A DNA stretch of 64,000 nt from an uncultured Gammaproteobacteria bacterium. GTDB taxonomy: Bacteria > Patescibacteriota > Patescibacteriia > Magasanikbacterales > UBA922. Position 1 is the first letter of the stretch. Each line of letters starts with the position of its first letter. The stretch covers positions 242,651 to 306,650 of the forward strand of contig CAZMHV010000001.1 in NCBI GenBank assembly GCA_964566225.1, in the 5' to 3' direction. The translations under genes and the position numbers were made by a program. The notes under the pieces were generated by a model. The model had not been told where the DNA came from and did not search any database. It saw nothing but the letters and a program-made list of their open reading frames with translations. Positions 1 to 9,638 of the stretch are shown one piece after another.

Positions 1-1
1 C

Positions 2-1063
2 CCTATTGGTCTCAACATGCTTGAGGCACGCACCGAAGAGCAAAAAGATTTTGCGGTCCAAGAAATGATTGCTATTTTTTATAAACTCTTTCCACCAGAA
101 ATGATTGGACCAATGTTTGAACACAACATGCGCAATGTTATGCTTACTCTCATGGCAGACGTAGACGATACCGGAACCATTATTGATATTCCACGCATGT
201 TTACAGATGATTCATATGTAAAAAAGTATTTGCGCAAACTCAAAGACCCAGTAGTGCGATCATTTTGGGAAAAAGAAATGGCCAAAACAAGTGATTTTCA
301 TAAATCTGAAATGCTTGGGTACCTCATTTCCAAAGTCGGTCGTTTTGTAGAAAATGAAATGATGAGAAATATCATGGGGCAACAAAAATCTGGTTTTGAC
401 TTTCGTGAAATCATGGACAAGAAAAAAATTCTTTTGGTGAATTTATCCAAAGGAACCACTGGTGAAGTCAATGCCAAACTGATTGGTCTTATTGTCGTGG
501 CCAAACTCCAAATGGCTGCTATGGCCCGAGCAGAACTCGCCGAAGAAGATAGAAAAGACTTTTATCTCTATATTGACGAGTTTCAAAACTTTATTACAGA
601 CTCTATCTCTACTATTTTGTCAGAGGCACGTAAATATCGTTTGGACTTGATTATTGCCCACCAGTATCTTGGTCAACTTATGGATGACAAAGGTAAGACG
701 CAAGTACGTGACGCTGTACTTGGAAATGCTGGTACTATGGCATCATTTCGTATTGGACCAGACGATGCAGAAATTTTGGCCAAAGAATTTGCACCAACAT
801 TTGGTTCGTATGATTTGCTCAATGTGCCTCAATTTACCTGTTATATTAAATTGCTCATTGATAATACTGCCAGTAAACCATTCAACATGAATACCTACCC
901 ACCAGTTACTGGCAATGCTGACCTTGCTGATGCTATTAAACAGCTTTCTCGCCTCAAATATGGCCGTGATAAACGTATTGTAGAGGCTGAAATCATGGAA
1001 CGTACCAAGCTCGGTGCCTCCGAAGAGCAGGCCAAAACATCAATGGTTGAAGCATCTCTCTAA
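2..1063 (+). CDS. Type IV secretion coupling-protein-like ATPase (VirD4/TraG/TraD family C-terminal region), 5'-truncated by window edge
   Basis: The reading frame is open back to the window start. It has a Walker-B-like 'FYLYIDEFQNF' and 'RKYRLDLIIAHQYLGQL', typical of the TraG-D_C / VirD4 C-terminal region. Confidence 0.55.
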   Translation, partial: PIGLNMLEARTEEQKDFAVQEMIAIFYKLFPPEMIGPMFEHNMRNVMLTLMADVDDTGTIIDIPRMFTDDSYVKKYLRKLKDPVVRSFWEKEMAKTSDFHKSEMLGYLISKVGRFVENEMMRNIMGQQKSGFDFREIMDKKKILLVNLSKGTTGEVNAKLIGLIVVAKLQMAAMARAELAEEDRKDFYLYIDEFQNFITDSISTILSEARKYRLDLIIAHQYLGQLMDDKGKTQVRDAVLGNAGTMASFRIGPDDAEILAKEFAPTFGSYDLLNVPQFTCYIKLLIDNTASKPFNMNTYPPVTGNADLADAIKQLSRLKYGRDKRIVEAEIMERTKLGASEEQAKTSMVEASL

Positions 1064-1095
1064 CCCTTGACTTTTTTACCAAAGAAGCATACCTT

Positions 1096-1122
1096 AGGGG
1101 GATATCAATCCCCCTTTATCTT
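1096..1122 (+). terminator. Rho-independent terminator (AGGGGGA-loop-TCCCCCT followed by T-run)
   Basis: 7-bp GC-rich stem, 6-nt loop, then TTATCTT, right after the stop at 1063. Confidence 0.5.
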
Positions 1123-1130
1123 ATCGTCAT

Positions 1131-1742
1131 ATGGACCGAATTGGCGACATTCTGTACCCAAAAAATCTCAATTCTTCAGCCACACATGCAACTCCGGCCG
1201 AAGAAAAAAATACACACCACACAGCCCCTTTTCATGTTTCTGATTTGAAGGTAATCATTTTGAACATGAAAAAAGACCTGGACCACATGCTCCGCCTCAT
1301 TGATGGTGAACCAATCACTCCCCTCGCCACAGAACACACCCCCAACACTCCTCGTGAAAGTGGCGAAGAAAAAGTAATCGAAGGGGTTTTCAACGGAGTT
1401 AAAATGATTAGTGAAGATGGCAGTGTGTATGACGTACCACCAAACTACGCCAGTAAATCGAAACTGGTAGAAGGTGATATGATGAAACTCACTATTCCGA
1501 CACATGGTAAATTTGTATACAAACAAATTGGACCTATAGAACGAGATCGTGTGCGTGGAGTGCTTCACTACAATGAAACTGAAAATCAATGGAGTGTGGT
1601 GAGTTCTACCGGTAAATCCTACAAAATCTTGACCGCATCAGTTACGTTTTACAAAGGCAAAGCCAAAGACGAAGTTATTGCTCTTATTCCACAAAATGGG
1701 CACAGCGAATGGGCGGCCGTAGAACATATTATTTCACAGTAA
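1131..1742 (+). CDS. hypothetical protein
   Basis: 203-aa ORF with coding-like composition; no recognisable motif. Confidence 0.5.
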   Translation: MDRIGDILYPKNLNSSATHATPAEEKNTHHTAPFHVSDLKVIILNMKKDLDHMLRLIDGEPITPLATEHTPNTPRESGEEKVIEGVFNGVKMISEDGSVYDVPPNYASKSKLVEGDMMKLTIPTHGKFVYKQIGPIERDRVRGVLHYNETENQWSVVSSTGKSYKILTASVTFYKGKAKDEVIALIPQNGHSEWAAVEHIISQ

Positions 1743-1745
1743 AAA

Positions 1746-1780
1746 AAATCCTCGGTTGGTACCGAGGATTTTCTTTTTTA
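1746..1780. terminator. Bidirectional rho-independent terminator
   Basis: Perfect 9-bp stem ATCCTCGGT/ACCGAGGAT, A-run upstream and T-run downstream; lies between convergent genes. Confidence 0.7.
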
Positions 1781-1789
1781 TTTTGAAAA

Positions 1790-2053
1790 TTACGCTGCTG
1801 TCAAGTGTGGACTTACAAGCTTGGTCATTTCAAACATACTGACTTGTTTTTTTCCGTTGAAAATGACTTTGAGGTTTTCGTCCGCATTAATCATGCGTTT
1901 GTTTTTTTGATCTTGAAGATCATTCTTTTTAATATATTCCCAAAGTTTCTTTACAACCTGAGAACGTGGCATTGGACCTTTTCCAACAATGAGCTGGAGC
2001 TCTTCTGAGATCTTGTATGGTCTCATGAGCGCTGGGTTTACTTTTCGTGGCAT
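1790..2053 (-). CDS. SWIB/MDM2 domain protein
   Basis: 'LQLIVGKGPMPRSQVVKKLWEYIKKNDLQDQKNKRMINADENLKVIFNGKKQVSMFEMTKLVSPHL' matches the SWIB-domain consensus known from Chlamydiae/CPR. Confidence 0.75.
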   Translation of the reverse strand: MPRKVNPALMRPYKISEELQLIVGKGPMPRSQVVKKLWEYIKKNDLQDQKNKRMINADENLKVIFNGKKQVSMFEMTKLVSPHLTAA

Positions 2054-2225
2054 ACACGAGCGTGTTAAAAATAACTAAATTACGAATGCTTGTAAGACAA
2101 GACGATGATAGTATAGCAGATACCCTAGATAGGCACAAGTGGTTTTGTCAAGGGATGCTTTACCCCAGTTCAATTCTCTTGTATACTGGTGTAGTATAAC
2201 ACTGCTTTTAAGACTCCGCAAATCT

Positions 2226-3806
2226 ATGGCCCTCTATCACGTCTATCGCCCTCAAAAATTCTCTGAAATCGTTGGCCAAGGCCACATTGTCTCTACACTC
2301 TTAAATCAAATAAAAAAAGATTCCGTAGCCCATGCCTACCTCTTTTTTGGACCTCGAGGAACTGGTAAAACCACTACGGCTCGTATTTTGGCCAAGGCCA
2401 TAAATTGTAAAAATAAACCAGAAGGTTCATTTGAGCCCTGCAATACATGCAGTGCCTGTACAGATATTACGGCAGGTCGTGCCATTGATGTGATTGAAAT
2501 TGATGCTGCCAGTAACACTGGGGTTGATCACGTTCGTGAACACATTATTGAAAATGCACAATTTCATCCAACTTTTTTACCAACCAAAGTATTTATTATT
2601 GATGAAGTGCACATGCTTTCTACCAGTGCTTTCAATGCTCTTTTGAAAACACTCGAAGAACCTCCTGCACATGTTATTTTTATTTTGGCCACCACTGATG
2701 TAGAAAAAATTCCTGAGACTATTGTTTCACGTTGTCAGCGTTTTACCTTTCATCGCATGGAAGAAACCGGTGCACGTGAATATTTGAAAAAAATAGTGGC
2801 AGAAGAAAAACGAGAAATTGACGAGGAAGTACTGGATGTTATTTTGAAAAAAAGTGAAGGAGGTATGCGAGACGCACTGTCACTCCTTGACCAACTTCTG
2901 GCTATTGATACCAAACGCCTTACACTCGAAAACACTACCCTGCTTTTGCCCCAGGTAAAAAATGAAGATATCCAAAGATTTCTCTCTGCTCTTGAAAAAG
3001 AGTCTTTGACCGAGATGCTCAGTATTGTGGCAGAACTTCAAACCAAAAAAACACACTTTGTGCACTTTACCGATGAAGTTATTGCTGCCTTGCGTGAAAT
3101 TTTGATTGGCAAAATTTCCAAAGCAAATACATCTTCTCCACTTTCTCTCGCCCGTATTTTTTCGTTTCTCGATATTTTGCTCGAACGCCGTGCACAAATT
3201 CGTACCAGTCCTATTGCAGCACTTCCTCTTGAAATGGGTTGTATTGAATGGATACATCCCATCACCGAGACTCCCCATACCGGTACAGTGGTCTCAGCTT
3301 CTCCAAGCCCTGCACCAGCACCAACCAAACCAGCAACGCCTACGGTAGAGAAAACGGTTACTGAGCCACTCCCTACCATGGTAAAAACAGCAGCACCTGA
3401 AATACCAGTGCTTGATGCCGAAGATCTTTCCCTCTTGTCTGTTTTACCACCAGAGTCTGCCACTGAACCAACCGCACCAACAGAAATTGGTATAGACTTT
3501 GGTACTATTCAAAAAAAATGGCATGAAGTGATAGCCAAACTCGAAAAAGATTCTCCATCACTGGTTATTATTTTAAAAGCAGCCAGTTTAGTAAAACTCA
3601 CGGGAGATGTTTTGACTCTCTGCGTCCCCTTTCAATTTCACCAAAACAAATTATCAGACAAAACTACCCAAAGAAAATTGGAAGCCATGATGAGTGAAGT
3701 TTTTTTGGGATTCAAAATTCACCTTGACGTAATTATCAGTGAAGCCCAAGAGCAAAAGGCCGAAGCACAAGAACTGGCAGCACTCCTTGGTGGTGAAGTC
3801 GTGTAA
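2226..3806 (+). CDS. dnaX: DNA polymerase III subunit gamma/tau
   Basis: 'MALYHVYRPQKFSEIVGQ', Walker A 'GPRGTGKTT' and the Zn module 'CNTCSACTDI'. A Pro/Thr/Ala-rich low-complexity linker sits near the C-terminus. The ATG at 2226 is chosen over the upstream GTG. Confidence 0.9.
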   Translation: MALYHVYRPQKFSEIVGQGHIVSTLLNQIKKDSVAHAYLFFGPRGTGKTTTARILAKAINCKNKPEGSFEPCNTCSACTDITAGRAIDVIEIDAASNTGVDHVREHIIENAQFHPTFLPTKVFIIDEVHMLSTSAFNALLKTLEEPPAHVIFILATTDVEKIPETIVSRCQRFTFHRMEETGAREYLKKIVAEEKREIDEEVLDVILKKSEGGMRDALSLLDQLLAIDTKRLTLENTTLLLPQVKNEDIQRFLSALEKESLTEMLSIVAELQTKKTHFVHFTDEVIAALREILIGKISKANTSSPLSLARIFSFLDILLERRAQIRTSPIAALPLEMGCIEWIHPITETPHTGTVVSASPSPAPAPTKPATPTVEKTVTEPLPTMVKTAAPEIPVLDAEDLSLLSVLPPESATEPTAPTEIGIDFGTIQKKWHEVIAKLEKDSPSLVIILKAASLVKLTGDVLTLCVPFQFHQNKLSDKTTQRKLEAMMSEVFLGFKIHLDVIISEAQEQKAEAQELAALLGGEVV

Positions 3807-3809
3807 ATC

Positions 3810-3838
3810 TTGACTCTGTCGTTTGTTTTTGGTAGTAT
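3810..3838 (+). promoter_or_regulatory. sigma70-like promoter TTGACT-N17-TAGTAT upstream of tRNA-Gln
   Basis: Seen in sequence with exact 17-nt spacer. Confidence 0.5.
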
Positions 3839-3885
3839 ACTCAGCGTACAAAATCATGTTCACTGCTTTGCGTTCAAAGCACTAT

Positions 3886-3956
3886 TCGGGGATCGTCTAA
3901 TGGTAGGACGGCAGTTTCTGGAGCTGCCTATCTTGGTTCGAATCCAGGTCCCCGAG
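3886..3956 (+). tRNA. tRNA-Gln (anticodon CTG)
   Basis: Manual cloverleaf: acceptor TCGGGGA/TCCCCGA (U1:A72 as in E. coli tRNA-Gln), D-arm GTC-TAATGGTAG-GAC, anticodon stem GCAGT/GCTGC with loop TTCTGGA, T-arm CTTGG-TTCGAAT-CCAGG, discriminator G; no encoded CCA. Confidence 0.8.
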
Positions 3957-3961
3957 CACAC

Positions 3962-3992
3962 AAAAAATGCCTATAAAAAGGCATTTTTTTGA
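3962..3992 (+). terminator. Rho-independent terminator after tRNA-Gln
   Basis: AATGCC-loop-GGCATT followed by TTTTTTT. Confidence 0.65.
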
Positions 3993-4017
3993 TTGTTTCT
4001 CTATTTTTTGCTATAGT
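3989..4017 (+). promoter_or_regulatory. sigma70-like promoter TTGATT-N17-TATAGT
   Basis: Exact 17-nt spacer, 23 nt upstream of the 4040 ATG. Confidence 0.45.
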
Positions 4018-4039
4018 ACGTGTGAAATAATATACAGGT

Positions 4040-5719
4040 ATGCATGAAATTCACCCACGTATTGCAGAAATTTCAGACCAAGACCCTCTTGATCAAGTTG
4101 AATTTACTCCAATTACCATAGAGACAGTCACAAAAGATCTCGAACAAATATTACAAGACAAAAAAAATTCTATCGAAGTACTCTGGAAATTTCAAAAATA
4201 TGCAGTTTCTTCAATACCAGAAATTTTTTTTGGTGAACCAAAAATAAATGAATTACTGAAAAAAGCCATTATCCAATTTTTTTCAGAACATGATGAAATT
4301 CCAGCATTTATTATAGTCAAAAACACGGTACTCAATGTGTGTGAATTATTCAACGTTTCTGTAGGAGATATGATTGATAGTGAGGTACAAACAACCGCAG
4401 AAAAAGGATTTCATGACTCTGTACAAAAAATGGTAGATGAAAAAAATATATCTCACATCCGTCACTGGCTATTTTGGATACACAGCAATTCAGAATATTT
4501 TTCTCTTCAAATACCAGAACTTACACAGGCACAACAAGAAAAAATTGCTCCCAAACTTTTGCTCTTGGCCCAAAAAGGTGATGCTGCTACGCTTGAACAT
4601 TTTTTTGATCTTTTTCACCTTCATGATATTGATACTCCACATGATGGGAGTGTTGATCTATCAGAAACTCCAAGAGAAACATACGAAAAAATTCTTTTTT
4701 CGACTCGAGAAGCGATTGCTGAAGCTGCCCTGTGTCTTGATGTGGCAGCACAAAGTGGTTCACGACAAAGTTTTGACCAGACTCTTGTAGCAATGAAAAA
4801 AGGAAGACTCCTCAGACTCCCCTTTTTGGCAGCCGAAACGCTTGCTCGAATTGGTGAAAAGTATAGTGCAAAATGGCAAAAAACTGAAGAAATTTTTTCT
4901 CGCATTGAAAAACATTTTTATCCAACCAAAAAGCCTTCTCCTCTAGAACTCGGTCAAGCATATGTGCAGTCGGTAATTGAACAAAATCCTAGAGGAAGTG
5001 TGAGCATGTACCAAAAAGAGTCCTTTTTAACGCTCGAGTTTTCGTCAAAGCAAGATTATGATACATTTGTAGAAAAAAAATATGGTAAAATGCAGGCAGA
5101 GAAGCCAACTGCAGGACTCTACTGTGATTCATTGGCACTGCTCCTCGAAGATAGAACCGTTGGTTGTGCGTTTGTTCTTATTGATGCAAGAAAAAAAACT
5201 GCCGTGAAAGAAATATTTGACCATGAACGACACCATGCTATCAATGCCGTTGCAAACATGGACGAACTCGAACAGGCAAACGCCCAGAATAAGAGAGAAC
5301 ACATGGTCAGTGAAAAAAAATTAAAAAAATATGGCGTTCACCTCACTTTAGAAAAAGCCCTGGCAGAAATGGACGAGACATACCCAATCAAGCAAGAAAT
5401 GTATCTCAAAGTAAAAGATGAAATCACTGCTTTTTTGGTTGCTGGGACATACCTTTTTGAGGTGCCAAGGATTTTGCAGTCAACTACATACGAACATATT
5501 TTTACATTTTTCAAAAATAAAAAAATAGAAATAGAAGAAATACGGTTTTACATTCAACAAGTGTGTGAATTGCTCGAAGAAGTACTGAGCCATACCAGAA
5601 GGACATTTGAAGACAGAGCCAAACTTGCCTATCATATAAAAGATGTCAGTTTTGAACGTATTCCTGACTACTTAGAACGTCTCAAAAAAGCACGTGAAAT
5701 AAAAAGTCCACGGTGGTAA
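4040..5719 (+). CDS. hypothetical protein (559 aa, acidic, no recognisable domain)
   Basis: Long uninterrupted ORF with its own promoter. Confidence 0.6.
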   Translation: MHEIHPRIAEISDQDPLDQVEFTPITIETVTKDLEQILQDKKNSIEVLWKFQKYAVSSIPEIFFGEPKINELLKKAIIQFFSEHDEIPAFIIVKNTVLNVCELFNVSVGDMIDSEVQTTAEKGFHDSVQKMVDEKNISHIRHWLFWIHSNSEYFSLQIPELTQAQQEKIAPKLLLLAQKGDAATLEHFFDLFHLHDIDTPHDGSVDLSETPRETYEKILFSTREAIAEAALCLDVAAQSGSRQSFDQTLVAMKKGRLLRLPFLAAETLARIGEKYSAKWQKTEEIFSRIEKHFYPTKKPSPLELGQAYVQSVIEQNPRGSVSMYQKESFLTLEFSSKQDYDTFVEKKYGKMQAEKPTAGLYCDSLALLLEDRTVGCAFVLIDARKKTAVKEIFDHERHHAINAVANMDELEQANAQNKREHMVSEKKLKKYGVHLTLEKALAEMDETYPIKQEMYLKVKDEITAFLVAGTYLFEVPRILQSTTYEHIFTFFKNKKIEIEEIRFYIQQVCELLEEVLSHTRRTFEDRAKLAYHIKDVSFERIPDYLERLKKAREIKSPRW

Positions 5720-5733
5720 AATGAGGCACAGCA

Positions 5734-5762
5734 ATTGACAAAATTGCTAAAGTATGATGTAA
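5734..5762 (+). promoter_or_regulatory. sigma70-like promoter TTGACA-N17-TGTAAT
   Basis: Perfect -35 and 17-nt spacer upstream of the small ORF at 5788. Confidence 0.4.
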
Positions 5763-5787
5763 TGCCACATTCACATAATATTCACCT

Positions 5788-5979
5788 ATGAAATGGTACA
5801 AAAAACAACTGGACATGCTCAATATTTCTCTTGGAGATGGCTCAAAGTCAGGAACACCCCATATTGCACAAAAAACATCCGTGAACTCTCTGGGTGGCAA
5901 AAAAATTTCACCTCAAGTCAAAAATTTTCGTAATCCAGTGGCCGAAAGTAAACGAAGTCGATCAAAAACAGATAAATAG
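5788..5979 (+). CDS. small basic protein (63 aa), hypothetical
   Basis: ORF bracketed by a consensus promoter and a terminator hairpin (5986-6013); Lys/Ser-rich. Confidence 0.35.
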   Translation: MKWYKKQLDMLNISLGDGSKSGTPHIAQKTSVNSLGGKKISPQVKNFRNPVAESKRSRSKTDK

Positions 5980-5985
5980 ACATAC

Positions 5986-6013
5986 TCAAATGGCCCTCTG
6001 GCCATTTTTGTTT
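5986..6013 (+). terminator. Rho-independent terminator
   Basis: AAATGGCC-CTCT-GGCCATTT followed by TTGTTTTTTT. Confidence 0.6.
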
Positions 6014-6035
6014 TTTTGTGTTAGGATATGGCTCT

Positions 6036-7040
6036 ATGAATACCCTTATTTCTCTTGCGAGTAAAAATTTAAGTGACATTATCAATCAGGCTATTTGCCT
6101 CAAACCTACAGAAAAAGCCTTGGTTATTTTTGATACCGAAGCTCCCCTCACCCGTATTGTACTCGAGGGCTATCGAGCAGCATTGCCCGAGGCAAACTTT
6201 GTTGACTTCAACACCATTACCCCTGAACAAGTTCGTGAACTCATTGATGCGTGTACCCCAGGTGATTTGGTGGTACTTTTGCAATCAACCAACTTTCGTC
6301 TCAACGAATTTCGATTTCGCATTGAGCTGTTTGAACGCAAACTCAAGACCATTGAACATGTGCACCTCAAACGAATTTTGGAAGATCAATTTGAATGTTA
6401 TCTAAATGCACTTGCTTACGATGCAAACTACTACCGACCACTTGGCAAGGGTCTCAAAAATATTTTGGAACAAGCCAATGAAATTGTAGTTACCTGCCCT
6501 GGCACCACACTCACCTATATTGGTGGCATGGAAACTGCCAAGTTAAATGTTGGTGATTACAGCGAAATGAAAAATGTGGGTGGCACATACCCAATTGGTG
6601 AAGTCTTTACCGAAGCCAAAGTACTCGAACAAGTGAATGGTGAGGCCATGATCTTTGGTTATGCTGGTGAAGATCACTTGGTACGCCTCATGAAACCATT
6701 TAAAGTGACTATTGAAAAAGGAATTTTGACCACTGGCCCCGATGCTCCAGATGAATTCAACAAAATTCTTGATCTTATTCGTGAAGACGAAGCCGTGTAT
6801 GTACGCGAGTTTGGTATGGGACTCAACCCTGCCATGGGCAAGCACGGACTGGTTTCTGACATTACAGCATTTGAACGCCAAAAAGGCATGCATATTTCAC
6901 TTGGTGCCAAACACGCGATTTATGCCAAACAAGGCCTCAACCGCAAAAAAGGCCGCTACCACGTGGATGTGTTTATTGATATTGAGACCATCACTGCCGA
7001 TGGAAAAGCATTTTATCGTGATGGAAATTTTGTAGTGTAG
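6036..7040 (+). CDS. M29-family (AmpS/aminopeptidase T-like) aminopeptidase, probable
   Basis: C-terminal 'EFGMGLNP', 'HISLG' and 'YHVDVFIDIETITADGKAFYRDGNF' resemble the conserved tail of M29 peptidases. The first in-frame ATG (6036) is chosen; the ORF track starts at a GTG at 6018. Confidence 0.45.
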   Translation: MNTLISLASKNLSDIINQAICLKPTEKALVIFDTEAPLTRIVLEGYRAALPEANFVDFNTITPEQVRELIDACTPGDLVVLLQSTNFRLNEFRFRIELFERKLKTIEHVHLKRILEDQFECYLNALAYDANYYRPLGKGLKNILEQANEIVVTCPGTTLTYIGGMETAKLNVGDYSEMKNVGGTYPIGEVFTEAKVLEQVNGEAMIFGYAGEDHLVRLMKPFKVTIEKGILTTGPDAPDEFNKILDLIREDEAVYVREFGMGLNPAMGKHGLVSDITAFERQKGMHISLGAKHAIYAKQGLNRKKGRYHVDVFIDIETITADGKAFYRDGNFVV

Positions 7041-7197
7041 TTGACTTTTTTCTTTTAAAAGTATAAAGTATTTATACTTTGAGCCTCTTTTATTTTTGGC
7101 TCTTCTCTTCTTTCACAAGCTCCTGGCTGTGCCAAGGGAGCACTCTCTCCGGTATTGCCATTCAATACCATCCCTCTTTATTTATAGAGGTTTTTTT

Positions 7198-8988
7198 ATG
7201 TCTCTAGACCATCTCCTCACAGAGGCGCGACAACATATTGGACACGTGCAAGAATCACTCGGCAACACGCAAGTAACTCTTGAAACACAGTTTAAAAAAT
7301 TAATGAGTCAGTATCCCAAAGCAGAGGGAGCCGAAAAGATGACGCTGCACACGCTTTTGCAATACACCAAAAAACGACAGCACGAACTGACCGCGCTTCA
7401 CCCTTCACCATACTTTTCACGGTGTGATGTGATTCGAGAACACAAAGATGCAACCGTGTACATTGGAAAATTTTCTTTTCCCGAAGAATCTATTGTGTCT
7501 TGGGTCTCCCCTATTTCTACTCTTCGTTTTGAACATCCAGGACCAGCGACCTACACCACGCCTGATCGCACCAAAAAACCAGTGGTGCTCACGCGCAAAG
7601 ATGAATATATGATTACCGATGGGTCAGTTCTCTTTTTTGCCACCGAATCGATTGACACAGCAAGAACCTTGGTCTACCAAGAAAATTTTTCAAACCGCAA
7701 AACTGGATTTGTTTTGCCCGAAATTATTGCTCGCATGGAAGAAGCGCAAGATAAAGTTATTCGTTCTTCTTGGCGAGGACCCTTGGTTATTTCTGGTCCA
7801 GCAGGATCAGGAAAGACTACATTGGCCCTGCACCGCGTTGCCTACCTCATGCAAGTGCCAGAAATACAAGACCATTTTCCAGGTCACCGTATTCGCGTGT
7901 TTGTGCAAGACCCTGGAACCAAATCATATTTTGCAACACTCCTTCCAGATCTTGGAATTGATAATGTAGAAATAACCACATTTCGACAGTGGGCTCACGA
8001 TATTTTGGAACTTGTTCAAAACGATCAAGCAACCGAAGTGCAATCAGAATATTTGGAAGACATACTGACCAACGAAAAATTACAGATCCTGCGTGAATTC
8101 AAAACACCATTACAAGGTGAACCACTCCGTTGGCTCAAAAATTTGTATAGCATCAATCTTACTAACTCAAAAAATATTGTCCTTTCACGAATAGAAAAAA
8201 ATATCCTTGATGACATTGATCTCACCATTCTTTTGCAAGCATACAAAAAATCCAATGGCACACTGCGCGAATCTCGCGAATATTTTATGCAGCAAAAAAA
8301 TAAATATGAAATTCAAAGAAAAATAGGACGCTTTGATGTTTCGTATAACCTGTGTGTGGTCGATGAATTTCAAAATTATTTGCCCGAGCAACTTCAGCTT
8401 ATTCGCGGATGCATGAACGAAGAAACACAATCGATTGTATATGTGGGTGACATGCGACAACAAACACGATTTGGCACAGTGCAATCATGGAATCAAATTG
8501 GTGAAAATATTGACGACTCAAGACTCATTACCCTGGAAAAGGTCTACCGAAATACCAAAGAAATTTTGCAGTATATTGAATCACTTGGATACGTAGTTTC
8601 TATTCCCGAAGCACTGCCGCAAGGAACGCCGGTACAAGTACTCGCAGAGAGTGTGGAAACACCAGAACACATTAGCACACTTGCAGTCTCACACACGGAC
8701 CGATTGGTGGGTATACTTGCCAAAAACACCTCTGAACTGCTACCATACCTCCACCTTGCAACACACAAACATATCAAAGTCATGACCATACGGGAAGCAC
8801 AAGGTGTCGAATTTGATACGGTCTTTTTGGTGGGCAATACACAACAGACTTGGCAGGTTGATCCTGCGCTCTATACAGATGTCATGCGAAAAGAAAAAAC
8901 ACGCATCAACAAAGATTTACTCTATGTGGCATTGACTCGTGCCATGCGAGAATTGTATGTGGTTGGAACACTTCCACACGTATCTTAA
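7198..8988 (+). CDS. UvrD/Rep-family ATP-dependent DNA helicase (helicase IV/HelD-like)
   Basis: Walker A 'GPAGSGKTT', Walker B 'VVDEFQN', C-terminal 'REAQGVEFDTVFLVG'. ATG at 7198 with AGAGG 10 nt upstream. Confidence 0.75.
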   Translation: MSLDHLLTEARQHIGHVQESLGNTQVTLETQFKKLMSQYPKAEGAEKMTLHTLLQYTKKRQHELTALHPSPYFSRCDVIREHKDATVYIGKFSFPEESIVSWVSPISTLRFEHPGPATYTTPDRTKKPVVLTRKDEYMITDGSVLFFATESIDTARTLVYQENFSNRKTGFVLPEIIARMEEAQDKVIRSSWRGPLVISGPAGSGKTTLALHRVAYLMQVPEIQDHFPGHRIRVFVQDPGTKSYFATLLPDLGIDNVEITTFRQWAHDILELVQNDQATEVQSEYLEDILTNEKLQILREFKTPLQGEPLRWLKNLYSINLTNSKNIVLSRIEKNILDDIDLTILLQAYKKSNGTLRESREYFMQQKNKYEIQRKIGRFDVSYNLCVVDEFQNYLPEQLQLIRGCMNEETQSIVYVGDMRQQTRFGTVQSWNQIGENIDDSRLITLEKVYRNTKEILQYIESLGYVVSIPEALPQGTPVQVLAESVETPEHISTLAVSHTDRLVGILAKNTSELLPYLHLATHKHIKVMTIREAQGVEFDTVFLVGNTQQTWQVDPALYTDVMRKEKTRINKDLLYVALTRAMRELYVVGTLPHVS

Positions 8989-8996
8989 ACTTTTTT

Positions 8997-9629
8997 ATGA
9001 ACCCAATCCGCGCCATTCTCTTTGACATCGACGGCACCCTCCTTAATACCACCGAATTTATTTTGCAGGCTGCTGAACACGCTCTCAAAGTTCACAACCT
9101 CCCCATACCAGACAGAAAAGTTATACGTTTGGCAGTCGGGTTACCAGTAAACGAATACTTTCGCACATTTGCCGGCGACTTTGACCCAAAACTTCTTTTG
9201 GAAACGGTTTCTGAATTTCAACAGCAAAACATGCATTTATCGTTTCCCTATGAAAATGCTTTTACAACCCTTCAAAGACTCAAAAACAAAGGATTCAAAG
9301 TTGGTGCCGTGACTTCACGCAGGAGAGAAAGTATTTTACAAACTCTTGAACCCACAAAAATCACTGCGCTTCTTGATGTACTTGTAGCGGGAGAAGAAAC
9401 AGCCCTTGGTAAGCCCCATGCAGATCCCCTCTTAAAAGCAGTAGAACTACTCAATGAACATCCAGATACTGCTTTCATGGTTGGAGATTCTCATCTAGAC
9501 ATTGCCATGGGCAAAAGTGCCGGCACCAAAACTATTCGTGCCATGTACGGTTTTCATACTGAATTTTTGCATGAACCTGAACCAGATTTTTTTGTTGAGG
9601 ATATTAGTGATATATTAAAAATTGTGTAA
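8997..9629 (+). CDS. HAD-superfamily hydrolase (phosphoglycolate phosphatase/PpaX-like)
   Basis: 'ILFDIDGTLLNT' motif I, and 'GDSHLDIAMGKSAG' motif III. Confidence 0.8.
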   Translation: MNPIRAILFDIDGTLLNTTEFILQAAEHALKVHNLPIPDRKVIRLAVGLPVNEYFRTFAGDFDPKLLLETVSEFQQQNMHLSFPYENAFTTLQRLKNKGFKVGAVTSRRRESILQTLEPTKITALLDVLVAGEETALGKPHADPLLKAVELLNEHPDTAFMVGDSHLDIAMGKSAGTKTIRAMYGFHTEFLHEPEPDFFVEDISDILKIV

Positions 9630-9638
9630 TCATAAACT

